DNA from: Candidatus Poribacteria bacterium | Lineage (GTDB): Bacteria; Poribacteria; WGA-4E; PCPOR2b | Direction of reading: 5' to 3' | DNA length: 64,000 nucleotides | Assembly (NCBI GenBank): GCA_965116925.1 | Contig: OZ220744.1 | Location: 320,001 to 384,000, forward strand | In this document: positions 19,058-28,568 of the stretch, piece by piece | Layout of the letters: every line of letters begins with the position of its first letter | Numbering within the stretch: position 1 is the stretch's first letter | Notes under the pieces: generated by a model | The model's database searches: none | Told to the model about the DNA's origin: nothing | What the model saw: the letters and a program-made list of their open reading frames with translations, nothing else | Made by a program: the position numbers and the translations under genes

Positions 19058-20917
19058 ATGATAGCCGCTCAGATTAAACCCAACTTTTTGTTTTATACCT
19101 TTACGTTGTTTGTATGTCTCAATACCTTTTTTCTAGGAAACACCGCAGCACAAGTTAACAATCAACCCGCTGACTCCGGCTACACTTATGAGAGTATTGA
19201 TGTTCCCGGTGTAGAGTTTTTGGCGGTGACAGCGAGTTCTGACTTTGAGGATTATGCGGGCTACACACCGAGCCCCGACGGTGAAAAGATGGTCGCTTTT
19301 ACGCTGATAGATGGCGAGTTTGAGACCTACGATTATCCCGGCTCACTGAACACCTATTTCTACGCGCTCGACAACGATTGGGGTGCTGCTGGCTACTACG
19401 AAGATAACAACGGTCTACACCATGGGGTGATCTTGACAGATGGCGAGTTGCGACAATATGATTTCTCCGATGCTGTCGAAACGGAGATATACGGTATCAG
19501 TGATGCGACCGGTGCACTGACGGGGAATTTTATCGCGGTTGATGGGGGGCGCCGTGGCTTTTCAGACGAGATAATCGTTGAGTTTCCTGGGTCACCAGAA
19601 ACATATGCCGATTTTGTGAACGCGAGTGGGGGTATAGTGGGTAGCTACGTAGATGCTAACGGAGTATATCAGCCATACGTACGGACCCCGGATGGCAGGT
19701 TTACCTCTCTCGACCTTCCCGATGCAGCGGAGTACGAATACTTTTTTGTGCATGGTATCAACGATGTAGGGGCTATCGTTACCCGATTCAAAACGTTTGA
19801 TGGTGTCCCGCGCACCTCTGTCGGTCAACTTGGCGGGCTACAGGAATTGCATTTTCCGGGCAGCGTCAGCACGGAGGGCTGGAATATCAATCAGGACGGC
19901 TCCGTTGTCGGACACTATGACTCAGCAGATGGGCGCAGACACGGATTTATCGCTAGACTCGCTGACAAGGCGGAGAGTGATTATTTTGGTAACACGTACC
20001 ATGTCACATTGGCTAAAGGTCTAAACATGATTTCTGTGCCGTTGGCACCCCCAAAACCGATGAGTGCTAAGACGCTTGCCGCGCTGACAGGGGCGACAAC
20101 CGTCATCACCCTCGATACGGCAAACCAGCAGTTCGTCGGCTGGACACTAAGCGCACCGGACGACGGTTTTGCTATTGAAGGTGGAAAAGGCTATATCGTC
20201 AATGTTCCAGAAACCCGCCAATTTGCTTTTGTCGGTTCAGAGTGGACAAATCAGATGGATAAAGCTGCAGCAGCCCCCGCCATTACCCCCTTGATAAAGG
20301 GCGACAGGGGGGTTGCCCAAGAGACGTGGGCGTTTGTTGTTAGTGGTCATTTGGTGGGTAAACCAGCGTTTGATGGCTATCAGGTGGTTGTCCGTAACCT
20401 GAGAACAGACAGGACAATAACCGCATCGGTTCGAGGGGATTACTTCGCTGCGGCGACCGCCGACTTGTCCCGGCGGGGGGTTGTCGAGGTGGGAGATGTG
20501 ATCGAAGTCCGTGTTATCGGTCCGGGTGGCAATGTTGAATCACACACCTTCACTGCGGAAGTGACCCCTGAGCACTTGGCAGACGCGGTGTTGTCCCTCA
20601 GGCTTGAACGCATCGGTCAACCGAAGCGCAATCTCCTGTTGCAGAACTACCCGAATCCGTTTAATCCTGAAACATGGATTCCGTATCACCTCGCTTCAGT
20701 CGCCGATGTGAAAATCTCTATCTATGACATCAACGGGGTGTTGGTACGCCGGCTGGATGTGGGGTATCAGCAGGCAGGGTTCTATACGGGTAGGACGCAA
20801 GCTGCCTACTGGGACGGTCGTAACCAGTGGGGTGAATTTGTTGTCAGCGGTGTCTATTTCTACCAGTTATCCGCAGGCGATTATTCTGCGGTGCGGAAGA
20901 TGGTAATCCTTAAATGA
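19058..20917 (+). CDS. Secreted protein with HAF-like extracellular repeats and FlgD-Ig/T9SS-type C-terminal domain
   Basis: Signal peptide, GIND.G.IVG/HGFI repeats, LLQNYPNPFNPETWIPY. Confidence 0.8.
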   Translation: MIAAQIKPNFLFYTFTLFVCLNTFFLGNTAAQVNNQPADSGYTYESIDVPGVEFLAVTASSDFEDYAGYTPSPDGEKMVAFTLIDGEFETYDYPGSLNTYFYALDNDWGAAGYYEDNNGLHHGVILTDGELRQYDFSDAVETEIYGISDATGALTGNFIAVDGGRRGFSDEIIVEFPGSPETYADFVNASGGIVGSYVDANGVYQPYVRTPDGRFTSLDLPDAAEYEYFFVHGINDVGAIVTRFKTFDGVPRTSVGQLGGLQELHFPGSVSTEGWNINQDGSVVGHYDSADGRRHGFIARLADKAESDYFGNTYHVTLAKGLNMISVPLAPPKPMSAKTLAALTGATTVITLDTANQQFVGWTLSAPDDGFAIEGGKGYIVNVPETRQFAFVGSEWTNQMDKAAAAPAITPLIKGDRGVAQETWAFVVSGHLVGKPAFDGYQVVVRNLRTDRTITASVRGDYFAAATADLSRRGVVEVGDVIEVRVIGPGGNVESHTFTAEVTPEHLADAVLSLRLERIGQPKRNLLLQNYPNPFNPETWIPYHLASVADVKISIYDINGVLVRRLDVGYQQAGFYTGRTQAAYWDGRNQWGEFVVSGVYFYQLSAGDYSAVRKMVILK

Positions 20918-20927
20918 GAGGTAGTGT

Positions 20928-21413
20928 ATGAAAAACGTAAAGGTTCGATGGTTGGCAACGCCGTTGATAATCGGTGCAGGTATCTTTGTTGCGACGACGG
21001 GGTTGCTGATGTTCTTTGTTACGGCGGATCCGTTCAGATTCGCTCATGAAATCGTAGGTATTGGATTTGCTGTTGGCATTGTGCTCCATATTTTGAGTAA
21101 TTGGCGACCGTTTACCAGATATTTCTCGCAAAAAAGTGTAGGGATTATCGCGGTGGGGTGGGTAGTCGGTATCAGCTTGGTTACGATAACGGTGATGCGA
21201 GGTGGAGAAGATGCTGAAGATCGGGTTGTGGAGCAGATTGAGCAGACCTCGATTCAGCTGCTCGCGCCGGTTGTTGGTATAGAGGTGAGTGTGCTTGTGG
21301 ATCGGCTTAAAACAGACGGTTTGGTTGTCGATAATCCTGAGATGTCTATTGAGCAGCTCGCTGATAAACACGGGGCAGATACCGAGGAGATATTACTCTT
21401 GGTATTTCGATGA
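20928..21413 (+). CDS. Membrane protein, DUF4405-like (three TM helices with His residues)
   Basis: TGLLMFF, AHEIVG, LHILSNW pattern. Confidence 0.7.
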   Translation: MKNVKVRWLATPLIIGAGIFVATTGLLMFFVTADPFRFAHEIVGIGFAVGIVLHILSNWRPFTRYFSQKSVGIIAVGWVVGISLVTITVMRGGEDAEDRVVEQIEQTSIQLLAPVVGIEVSVLVDRLKTDGLVVDNPEMSIEQLADKHGADTEEILLLVFR

Positions 21414-21582
21414 CGACCGAAATTCATTGGTTCATTAATTATCAGGGATTAGGGGTGGTTTGAAACAGTCCTCCCTAATATAGAGGAACCCTACTGTGGC
21501 GGTCCCTATTTACGAGTTAGGTTCATGGGAAGGGGCACCTTCGGGTGCCCCGCCTATCCAAAGCAATAGCAAGGAGATATTG

Positions 21583-22788
21583 ATGAATATCACAATGTTT
21601 AAGCGATTCATAGTTGTCATAGCGATAATCGGGCTAATTGCGGGTTTTCCCGCCTGTGACCAGATTCAGCAACTGCTTGTCCCCGCACCGGTGCCGATGG
21701 AAGGGCTTGGTGGAGAAATCGCTATCGGTGTCGTTTTACCACAGACGGGAGTGTTAGGCCCCGGTGAATTTGGCCCGGGGGCGTTAGTAATGGAAAATGG
21801 GTTTAACATGGCGCTCGAAGAGATTAACAATTCACAACTCAGCGATGTGAGACTCAAGTTCATCGTCGAAGATGACCAAAGCACCGTTGAAGGTGCGGTT
21901 GCGGCTTTCAACAAACTGATCCATAAAGATCAGGTCCCCGTCATCATCGGTGTCTGGACATCACACGTCGCCCGATCGGTTTTTCCGATTGCACAAGAAA
22001 ATGGGGTTGTGGCTTTTAGCCCGGTCGTCATTGCCTCTGGCTTGACAGAAATTGGCGATTTTATCTTTAGGGCAAGTCACAGCACCGAGGCACTGATTCC
22101 TGATGGGGTCAAGGTGACTCAGGAGAAACTCGGCTACCAACAAGTAGCAACGATAGGGGATAGTGTCGATCTCTTTTCTCGGGATAGTGACGCACTATTC
22201 AAGAAGACATTTGCCGATAGCGGTATTGAGGTTGTGGCTTCAGAAACTTTCGAGACCGGTGATACCGATTTTTCTGCACAATTAACCCGTATCAAGGAAT
22301 CAAATCCGGACGTCATCTTTGTATCTGCCCAACAGATAGAGGTGATTGAGATTCTGACCCAAGGGCGTCAGCTTGGGATCCCTTCCGAGATTCCGTTTAT
22401 TAGTATTGTTTTATCTGTGGATGAGATACAAAAGGCGGGTGATGCCGCGGAAGGGGCGATTACTTTTACCAGTTGGGTCAGCACCGCTGACACACCGGGC
22501 AATGGTGCTTTCGTTCAGAATTATACCGCGAAATACGGTATGGAGCCGAGCGTCTGGGCGGCGCAGCCGTATGCTGCTGTCTATATCTTAGCGAAAGCGA
22601 TTTCGGATGTGCCTAGGACCCGTACCCAATCTACCGATACCGATTCAACGGCGATTCGGGATGCGCTGGCGAATATCACAGATTTCGATACGATTCTGGG
22701 CAAGTTTTCTTTTAACGCGGTCGGTGACGCGGTTTATGATCCGGTGGTGCTGATTGTTGAGGAGGGCGAACTTCAGGTCTTTGAATAA
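21583..22788 (+). CDS. Branched-chain amino-acid ABC substrate-binding lipoprotein (LivJ-like), no permease genes nearby
   Basis: IGVVLPQTG, MALEEIN, EDDQST, GDTDFSAQLTRIK, GKFSFN..GD; AAGGAG RBS. Confidence 0.9.
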   Translation: MNITMFKRFIVVIAIIGLIAGFPACDQIQQLLVPAPVPMEGLGGEIAIGVVLPQTGVLGPGEFGPGALVMENGFNMALEEINNSQLSDVRLKFIVEDDQSTVEGAVAAFNKLIHKDQVPVIIGVWTSHVARSVFPIAQENGVVAFSPVVIASGLTEIGDFIFRASHSTEALIPDGVKVTQEKLGYQQVATIGDSVDLFSRDSDALFKKTFADSGIEVVASETFETGDTDFSAQLTRIKESNPDVIFVSAQQIEVIEILTQGRQLGIPSEIPFISIVLSVDEIQKAGDAAEGAITFTSWVSTADTPGNGAFVQNYTAKYGMEPSVWAAQPYAAVYILAKAISDVPRTRTQSTDTDSTAIRDALANITDFDTILGKFSFNAVGDAVYDPVVLIVEEGELQVFE

Positions 22789-22830
22789 AGGAGGACTTTT
22801 ACCATCTTACGCGCCGTTCTGATAATCTGC

Positions 22831-23070
22831 TTGTTATTCACTGTTGGGGCAGGCTTTGTTTCTGCACAACCGGTATCTATCCCTGCCCCCAACCTCCACC
22901 TTGCGATCGCGGACTATACCAAAGTGGTCGCAAGGCGTCCCGATTTTGCAGAGGCGTATCTGTGGCGTGAATACACTTACACTCTCATTGGTAATTATGC
23001 AAAAGTGATCGCAGATACGGAAAGAGCGATGAAGCTGAAACCTAAATTTACCGTTACCCGTGGACACTGA
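22831..23070 (+). pseudogene. Short TPR-repeat fragment with signal-peptide-like N-terminus
   Basis: AIADYTKVVARRPDFAEAY..R and IADTERAMKLKP TPR-like motifs in only 79 aa. Confidence 0.55.
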
Positions 23071-23092
23071 TCCCAAAAGGGAGGATTAGCCG

Positions 23093-23647
23093 ATGAAAAC
23101 GATTGGAGTGCTGTTTTTGATAAGCATTACTACTATTTTGGTGAGTTGTGAGTTCGTAGAGGAGCTAGGGATTTTTTTAACATCAACAGAGGCGTTTGCT
23201 TTTGTTGATCCACTGATCGGTGGCGATTTCAGTGGTGTAGCAACCTTCACACAGGACGATGATACAATCACGCTCTATATTGAGATAGAAGGACTTCCAC
23301 CGGGGGATTACGCGGTTCATATCCACGAATATGGCGATTGCAGCTCGCTCGACGGCTCGTCAGCCGGCGGTCATTGGAATCCGACGAATACCGCACACGG
23401 CAAATGGGGCGAAGGTGAGTTCCATCTTGGCGACATCGGCAATATAACAATCGGTCAAGATGGCACGGGGGTGATTAAATTGACGACCGACCTGTGGGAG
23501 ATAGGCACCGGGTCTGACCGAGATGTTGTCGGTAAATCAATCATCCTCCATGCGGGTGCAGATGATTTTACCTCCCAACCGTCGGGGGCTGCCGGTGCTC
23601 GGATCGGGTGCGGTGTGATTCTGTTGCCGGATGAGGTGTTAGAGTGA
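23093..23647 (+). CDS. sodC: Cu/Zn superoxide dismutase, lipoprotein
   Basis: HIHEYGDC, AGGHWNP, HGKW..FHLGDIGN, LHAGADD, GARIGCG; lipobox LVSC. Confidence 0.95.
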   Translation: MKTIGVLFLISITTILVSCEFVEELGIFLTSTEAFAFVDPLIGGDFSGVATFTQDDDTITLYIEIEGLPPGDYAVHIHEYGDCSSLDGSSAGGHWNPTNTAHGKWGEGEFHLGDIGNITIGQDGTGVIKLTTDLWEIGTGSDRDVVGKSIILHAGADDFTSQPSGAAGARIGCGVILLPDEVLE

Positions 23648-23955
23648 AGCTAAAGCACAAAAGTTCCTCGCTCATTTGTGGGGCGTGTATGATAGCCGGG
23701 TGTTGGATCGGCAGTGCTTACGTGCTAGTCGCGTCTGGCAAGGGGGCTGCTGCCAAAAAGCCAGAACCGATTGCTACGGAGCCCTCGGCAGCCGAAACGC
23801 ATTCTCCCGCTGCCGAGGCGGTGAATCGTTGCGTTGACTGGGAACTGACAAAAGTTTTAGTAGAGATGGATATACGCAATCCATCGCTCGAACATGAAGC
23901 CTTTCTTATAGAGTATGACCGCACACAAAAACATTGCCAAAAGGGGGAGCAATGA
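23644..23955 (+). CDS. Small exported hypothetical protein
   Basis: Overlaps both neighbours by 4 bp (translational coupling); hydrophobic N-terminus. Confidence 0.55.
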   Translation: MKLKHKSSSLICGACMIAGCWIGSAYVLVASGKGAAAKKPEPIATEPSAAETHSPAAEAVNRCVDWELTKVLVEMDIRNPSLEHEAFLIEYDRTQKHCQKGEQ

Positions 23956-24305
23956 CTATTGATGTTAAAAATAGAGATGGTGTTATCGTCTTAAAGCCTC
24001 ATGGAAGACTGATCGGTCCGGCAGGCAATAAGCTCAAACAGGTGATTGAAACCCACCTGCAAGATACTTCTGAAGCCACCAATTTTCTGTTCGATTTCGC
24101 CGATTGCCTACGGATAGATAGTGTCGCTGTGGGCGTGCTAGTCGGTTTGCATGTGTCGATCGTACAACAGGGTGGGGTTATCGGGGTCACGAACCTCAGC
24201 ACCAGCCTCAAAAATTACTTTGTGATGGCGAAACTAATTACGGCGTTCAAACATTTCAACAGTGAGAACGAAGCGATCGTCAATCTCCGAGCGATAGGGA
24301 GTTAA
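23952..24305 (+). CDS. STAS-domain anti-sigma factor antagonist
   Basis: VLKPHGRL, FDFADCLRIDSVAVGVL, F.SENEAI. Confidence 0.9.
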   Translation: MTIDVKNRDGVIVLKPHGRLIGPAGNKLKQVIETHLQDTSEATNFLFDFADCLRIDSVAVGVLVGLHVSIVQQGGVIGVTNLSTSLKNYFVMAKLITAFKHFNSENEAIVNLRAIGS

Positions 24306-24507
24306 GGCTTAGGACAGGTAAAACTGCGCTAAGAAAGGGGGGATTTCATGGTGAGGATACCCCGCAGGGAAAGAAGTGTCCTTCGGCAAAGCAAAGAAAC
24401 TTCAGCGAATTAGGTCTGCCCGTTTTGCTAAAAGACATGGCGACTACAGTGGCGGGTAGGTCTAATAACGGGGACGCTTGTGGTGATCGGGCGTCCCCCG
24501 TTTTATC

Positions 24508-24966
24508 ATGGGAGGGGCTTTAATGATTCGAGTTATGCAGAAATATCCGGCATTTTGGGTTATCGGGGTGTTAATCCTAACTGTTGTATATTGCACCGGT
24601 TGTGACATTATCGTAAATGAGATACGTGCCGATTCGGACAAGGGGTCAACAGACGGTGATTCTACTCCTGTGATTGCAGAGATGTCTATCGTATATGTGG
24701 AGGTGCAGTTATCAGAGAGTGATCCTGTCGAAGTATTTGTCGAAGCGCATGGCGAGTTTGGTGGGTGTGCAGACCACCATGCAACCGATCAGACGTGGGA
24801 CGGAAACACAATCACGATTGAGATTACAACCATAACACAAGAAACAAACATAGGTTGTAAAGCACTCGCAGTTCTTTATCGAGAACGGATTGCCATTGGC
24901 ACGTTGGAGCCGGGGGATTATCAAGTCGTCGTCAACGGCGTGAAGCAAGAATTCCGCATTGACTAA
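24508..24966 (+). CDS. Hypothetical lipoprotein
   Basis: Lipobox CTGC; ESDPVEV..GGC..LEPGDYQVVVNG beta-rich domain. Confidence 0.75.
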   Translation: MGGALMIRVMQKYPAFWVIGVLILTVVYCTGCDIIVNEIRADSDKGSTDGDSTPVIAEMSIVYVEVQLSESDPVEVFVEAHGEFGGCADHHATDQTWDGNTITIEITTITQETNIGCKALAVLYRERIAIGTLEPGDYQVVVNGVKQEFRID

Positions 24967-25417
24967 TCTTGGGGCTTATGACAGTCAATCCGCTGCGCCT
25001 CTGACCCATCAGAGGAGCGTTCTTCCTCCTTCGTCGAGAAACGGGTTGACTGCCGCCAACTTCTGGCAGTTAGTCATCATTACAGTTCACTTGATTTTGA
25101 GTTAGGTGCATAGTATGAAATCGGGAGGCACATTCGAGATACCAGATCGTTAAATACGGACTCTACCTAATAGCTTATGGTGGAGGTTTTTGAAACCGTT
25201 CATTGTTTTTTTTGAGACTCCTTGTTTTTCAATGGACGATGACCAATCGGTCGGGACGGTCATCTCCACCACCAATATCGCATCGCAGATAACACGGCTT
25301 GTGGTAGAGATAAATACTGCATAACGAGGTTTACAAGGGGAGGCTATCCGTTGTGCAGGGGCATCGACGGGGGCGGGGGAGCCTCCACCGCCCTTTTCAT
25401 GAAACGAAAGGAGAACG

Positions 25418-25678
25418 ATGGATCGCGCAGCAATCGACAAGATCCGGCGAGTGATTGAGCAACTCTCACAACAGATAGAACACTTGGACAGTTCAATGTC
25501 TGTTGATGTGCTGAATAAGAGTGTCTTGAAGAAAGAGGAGATCTGCAATCTGCTTATCCAAATCGCGGAACATAAGCATCTGATAAATCGGCTCGAAATG
25601 GAGCTCAGCGACACACTAGCGGTCGATGTCAAACGGCTCACCGATTCCCTAAATGCCAATAGGAAGGGATTTTCATGA
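25418..25678 (+). CDS. Small coiled-coil hypothetical protein
   Basis: Strong AAAGGAGA RBS; helical heptad pattern. Confidence 0.6.
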   Translation: MDRAAIDKIRRVIEQLSQQIEHLDSSMSVDVLNKSVLKKEEICNLLIQIAEHKHLINRLEMELSDTLAVDVKRLTDSLNANRKGFS

Positions 25679-25783
25679 ACGCAAGGAAGGCGCGCACTCG
25701 GTCAATTCAAGTTAAGCTCCGTGACCATCGAGAAGGAACTCTCCGATTGGGACGCTGAAGGGCCTGAGCGCGAGGGGATACCT

Positions 25784-26026
25784 ATGGACTTTTCAGCATG
25801 GTCGCCGAGTCATGCCATCCTTGTTGCTATTTTTGTGATGGGATTTCTTGGGCAAATCGTCCTCAACTGCTATCGCACCGGGCAACTGAAGAAACGGCTG
25901 GATAAGAAATCTAGTCAAATGGACGAGCGTTTTGAGGTGCTACGACATGAAATCCGCGATCTCCGAGTTGAGGTGGGCAAGTTGAACCAGAACCACATTG
26001 ATAGCCTGAAACCGTCATGGTCGTAG
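25784..26026 (+). CDS. Small membrane-anchored coiled-coil protein (MDFSAW...)
   Basis: GAGGGG RBS; one TM helix followed by a coiled coil. Confidence 0.6.
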   Translation: MDFSAWSPSHAILVAIFVMGFLGQIVLNCYRTGQLKKRLDKKSSQMDERFEVLRHEIRDLRVEVGKLNQNHIDSLKPSWS

Positions 26027-26127
26027 ATATGAAAGCTACCATGAGGAGCGATAACTTCTGCAAGGTAAGCGCACTTCCCCATGCTAGCCTTGTGATTGAA
26101 CTTCAACAAATCGGGATTTAATTGAGA

Positions 26128-26290
26128 TAGGACTTACGCAGTTGAACACTCAGATACCTGTAGTTCGGCGATTTATCGCCGCAAGACACTATCTCCAACG
26201 ACCGATGAATCGGGCAACTACAGCAGAGGCTCCATAAGGAGTCCGTAGTGAACGCAGATCTGCGTTCCCTACTGAAGTGCGTAACTCCTA
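26128..26290. mobile_element. MITE (TAGGACTTACGCA family)
   Basis: Homologous to 14639-14823. Confidence 0.8.
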
Positions 26291-26316
26291 TATACCAGTT
26301 GAATGGAGTAAGAGCG

Positions 26317-26574
26317 GTGTTTTTAACATTGATTAGCGGTGCTCAGATAGACATAGATCCGCAAAACGTGAGATCGGTTGATATGAGGCAAACCAGACCC
26401 GGTAATACACACAGTGGTTGGTTGATTGGTGTAAGGGTATCTACTGGATTGAGGTCTAGCATCGAATACCCAGTATCTAGGCACGCCCACGAATCAACGG
26501 CTAAGGAACACCGTGACTCGCTTGAGAAACGGATTTCCGAATGGAGATGTCCGATAAGCGAAAAGAGGAGATAA
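26317..26574 (+). CDS. Small hypothetical protein
   Basis: GTG after a GGAG RBS; the longer tracked ORF starts inside a MITE. Confidence 0.45.
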   Translation: MFLTLISGAQIDIDPQNVRSVDMRQTRPGNTHSGWLIGVRVSTGLRSSIEYPVSRHAHESTAKEHRDSLEKRISEWRCPISEKRR

Positions 26575-26614
26575 ATCGTGGCGAAAACGGTATATATCTA
26601 AGGGAGGGGTTGAC

Positions 26615-26974
26615 ATGAAAATACAAACCGACACAAAAGATGGTGTCGTTGTCCTCAAACCAATCGGGAGAATCGTTGGTCATGCAAGCGATGAGTTCAG
26701 ACGCGCAATTTTTGACGAAATGAAAGGTAGCATGGAATCGCCTAACTTCCTGTTTGATTTTGCCGGTGTCTCACGGATAGATAGCGTTGGCATCGGTGTA
26801 TTGGCAGGATTGCATGTATCGATCGCACACAGAGGTGGGCGCATCGGTGTGATCAACATTAGTGACAATATCAGCAGCACCCTTGTCATGGCAAAACTGA
26901 TTACAATGTTCAAACACTTCAAAAACGAAGGTGAAGCGATCGTTAATCTGCGAGACGACGAGGCGGTTGAATAA
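26615..26974 (+). CDS. STAS-domain anti-sigma factor antagonist (paralog of 23952-24305)
   Basis: VVLKPIGRI, NFLFDFAGVSRIDSVGIGVL, HFKNEGEAIVNLR. Confidence 0.9.
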   Translation: MKIQTDTKDGVVVLKPIGRIVGHASDEFRRAIFDEMKGSMESPNFLFDFAGVSRIDSVGIGVLAGLHVSIAHRGGRIGVINISDNISSTLVMAKLITMFKHFKNEGEAIVNLRDDEAVE

Positions 26975-27122
26975 GGATCGGATTGAACTTATGGCAGTGA
27001 GCCCCGACTGGTAAAAATTGGGACCAGAGTCTGACCCATTCGTGGGGTTCGGGACGAACTGCCGCCAATTAGATCCCTTGTTTTCAGAGTGATAAAACGC
27101 TAACCATAGGAGTATACAACGA

Positions 27123-28304
27123 ATGAGGCATCATTTTACTTCCACGGCTTTTGCCGTAAAATTGTTGTGTATCAGTTTCATATCAATCATCCTTTGCGCT
27201 GCAGAGAAGACCGAACACAAAACGGTTACCGAACTGATTGCCCTTCTCGACGATAAAGATGAGCGCATTGTTGAGATAGCGGCTGACGCATTGATGAAGC
27301 CTGGCAATAGTGCTGCTGCGCCGGCATTGACCAAAACGATGAAACGGGTTCAGGATCATTATGTGCGGTGGTCCGTTGCCCGTGCATTATGGTATGTCGC
27401 GCCGAATGACCAATCTGCTAAAGCCATTCTAAACATCGCCAGAACATACGAAGGACAAGACAAGGACGCACTGTTGGCTATTGTAGATGATCCGATTGGG
27501 CGCAGACAGATGACCGAAGCAGAGCGGTTCAATTATCTGCTTAATCACAAATTGGCAATGAGGGTCGGGGTTCCTGAAGCACTGGACATTCGTCTGAACC
27601 CCCAAAAAGAATATGAACAATTATTGTATGACAAAGCGGATCGGTTGTTCCTGGAGAAACACCGGTCTAAGGTGATTGATATTATGCGTGTCCGACTGCG
27701 CGATGGGGGTTCAACAGTGGCAGCTTTGTTACTTGGCTACTTTAAGGAACCAAAGGCACTCCCAGACCTCAAAAAGTGGTTTATTGAATCCGACCACTCC
27801 TATGGGTGGGAAGGTGCTTGGAATCGATTGAACTACTATAACTTCCCCGTCCATCATTGCTATGAGGAAGCTATCAAGCACATCACCGGAAAACCGCTCA
27901 ACGAGGTCATCAAATTAACAGATGAACAGGTAACGCAACTAATTGAAGGATACCGTCAGCCAAAGGCTTACGATGATGAACCTAAACTGTATGTGTTGTT
28001 TCGGTTAAAACCGGATATCGCTCGCCAAGAAGCGGCTCGGAAATTCAGGGATTTAAGGGAAGAAACGACGAAGGAAACGTGGGAAATTAAGCTGGACCGT
28101 TTTCTGCTTTGTGTCTCGATACAAGATCTCCTGCCAAAGGGACTTTTGCTAACCGAAGTCCGTGAGCTATTGGGAGAGCCGGACAAAGTTCAGGAGTCAT
28201 CATGGTTTTACGATTGTGGAAATAGCCCGATTGACAATCCCTATGTTTTGACGATTACTTTTGACAATGGCAGGCTATCACAAGTATCGTCACAACGGTT
28301 CTAA
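27123..28304 (+). CDS. Exported HEAT-repeat protein with BamE/SmpA-like C-terminus
   Basis: Signal peptide, LIALLDDKD..AADAL HEAT motif, EVRELLGEPD..WFY..ITFDNGRL. Confidence 0.7.
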   Translation: MRHHFTSTAFAVKLLCISFISIILCAAEKTEHKTVTELIALLDDKDERIVEIAADALMKPGNSAAAPALTKTMKRVQDHYVRWSVARALWYVAPNDQSAKAILNIARTYEGQDKDALLAIVDDPIGRRQMTEAERFNYLLNHKLAMRVGVPEALDIRLNPQKEYEQLLYDKADRLFLEKHRSKVIDIMRVRLRDGGSTVAALLLGYFKEPKALPDLKKWFIESDHSYGWEGAWNRLNYYNFPVHHCYEEAIKHITGKPLNEVIKLTDEQVTQLIEGYRQPKAYDDEPKLYVLFRLKPDIARQEAARKFRDLREETTKETWEIKLDRFLLCVSIQDLLPKGLLLTEVRELLGEPDKVQESSWFYDCGNSPIDNPYVLTITFDNGRLSQVSSQRF

Positions 28305-28568
28305 GCGACTGTGGATGCTTATGAGGTATGGAAGACGCCGGCATGCGGAGAAACAATCTGCAACGGGTTAAGGCACGTCAAAGGCGGTACAAAGCGCGGC
28401 GCGGGGACTCTGTAACTGTGGTGGGACCCCCAGCCCCGCTACAGAGACTGCGCGGCGTGCCGTCAGACCCGCCTCCGGCGGTATCGTGAGGACGGATACT
28501 GCCAATATTGAGTCATGTAATCAACCTGAGTTAGATTCCAACCCCGAAAGGGTATCAAGGAGAAAATC

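Noticed and set aside
24380..24470. c-di-GMP-I riboswitch
   Set aside because: GGCAAA..GAAA is present but the GACGCAAA junction and P1 pairing are not recognisable
24961..25074. Canonical integron attC site (GACTAAT...GTTAGTC)
   Set aside because: The R'' box is imperfect, the L boxes do not pair and no integron integrase is present; kept only as a non-canonical hairpin family
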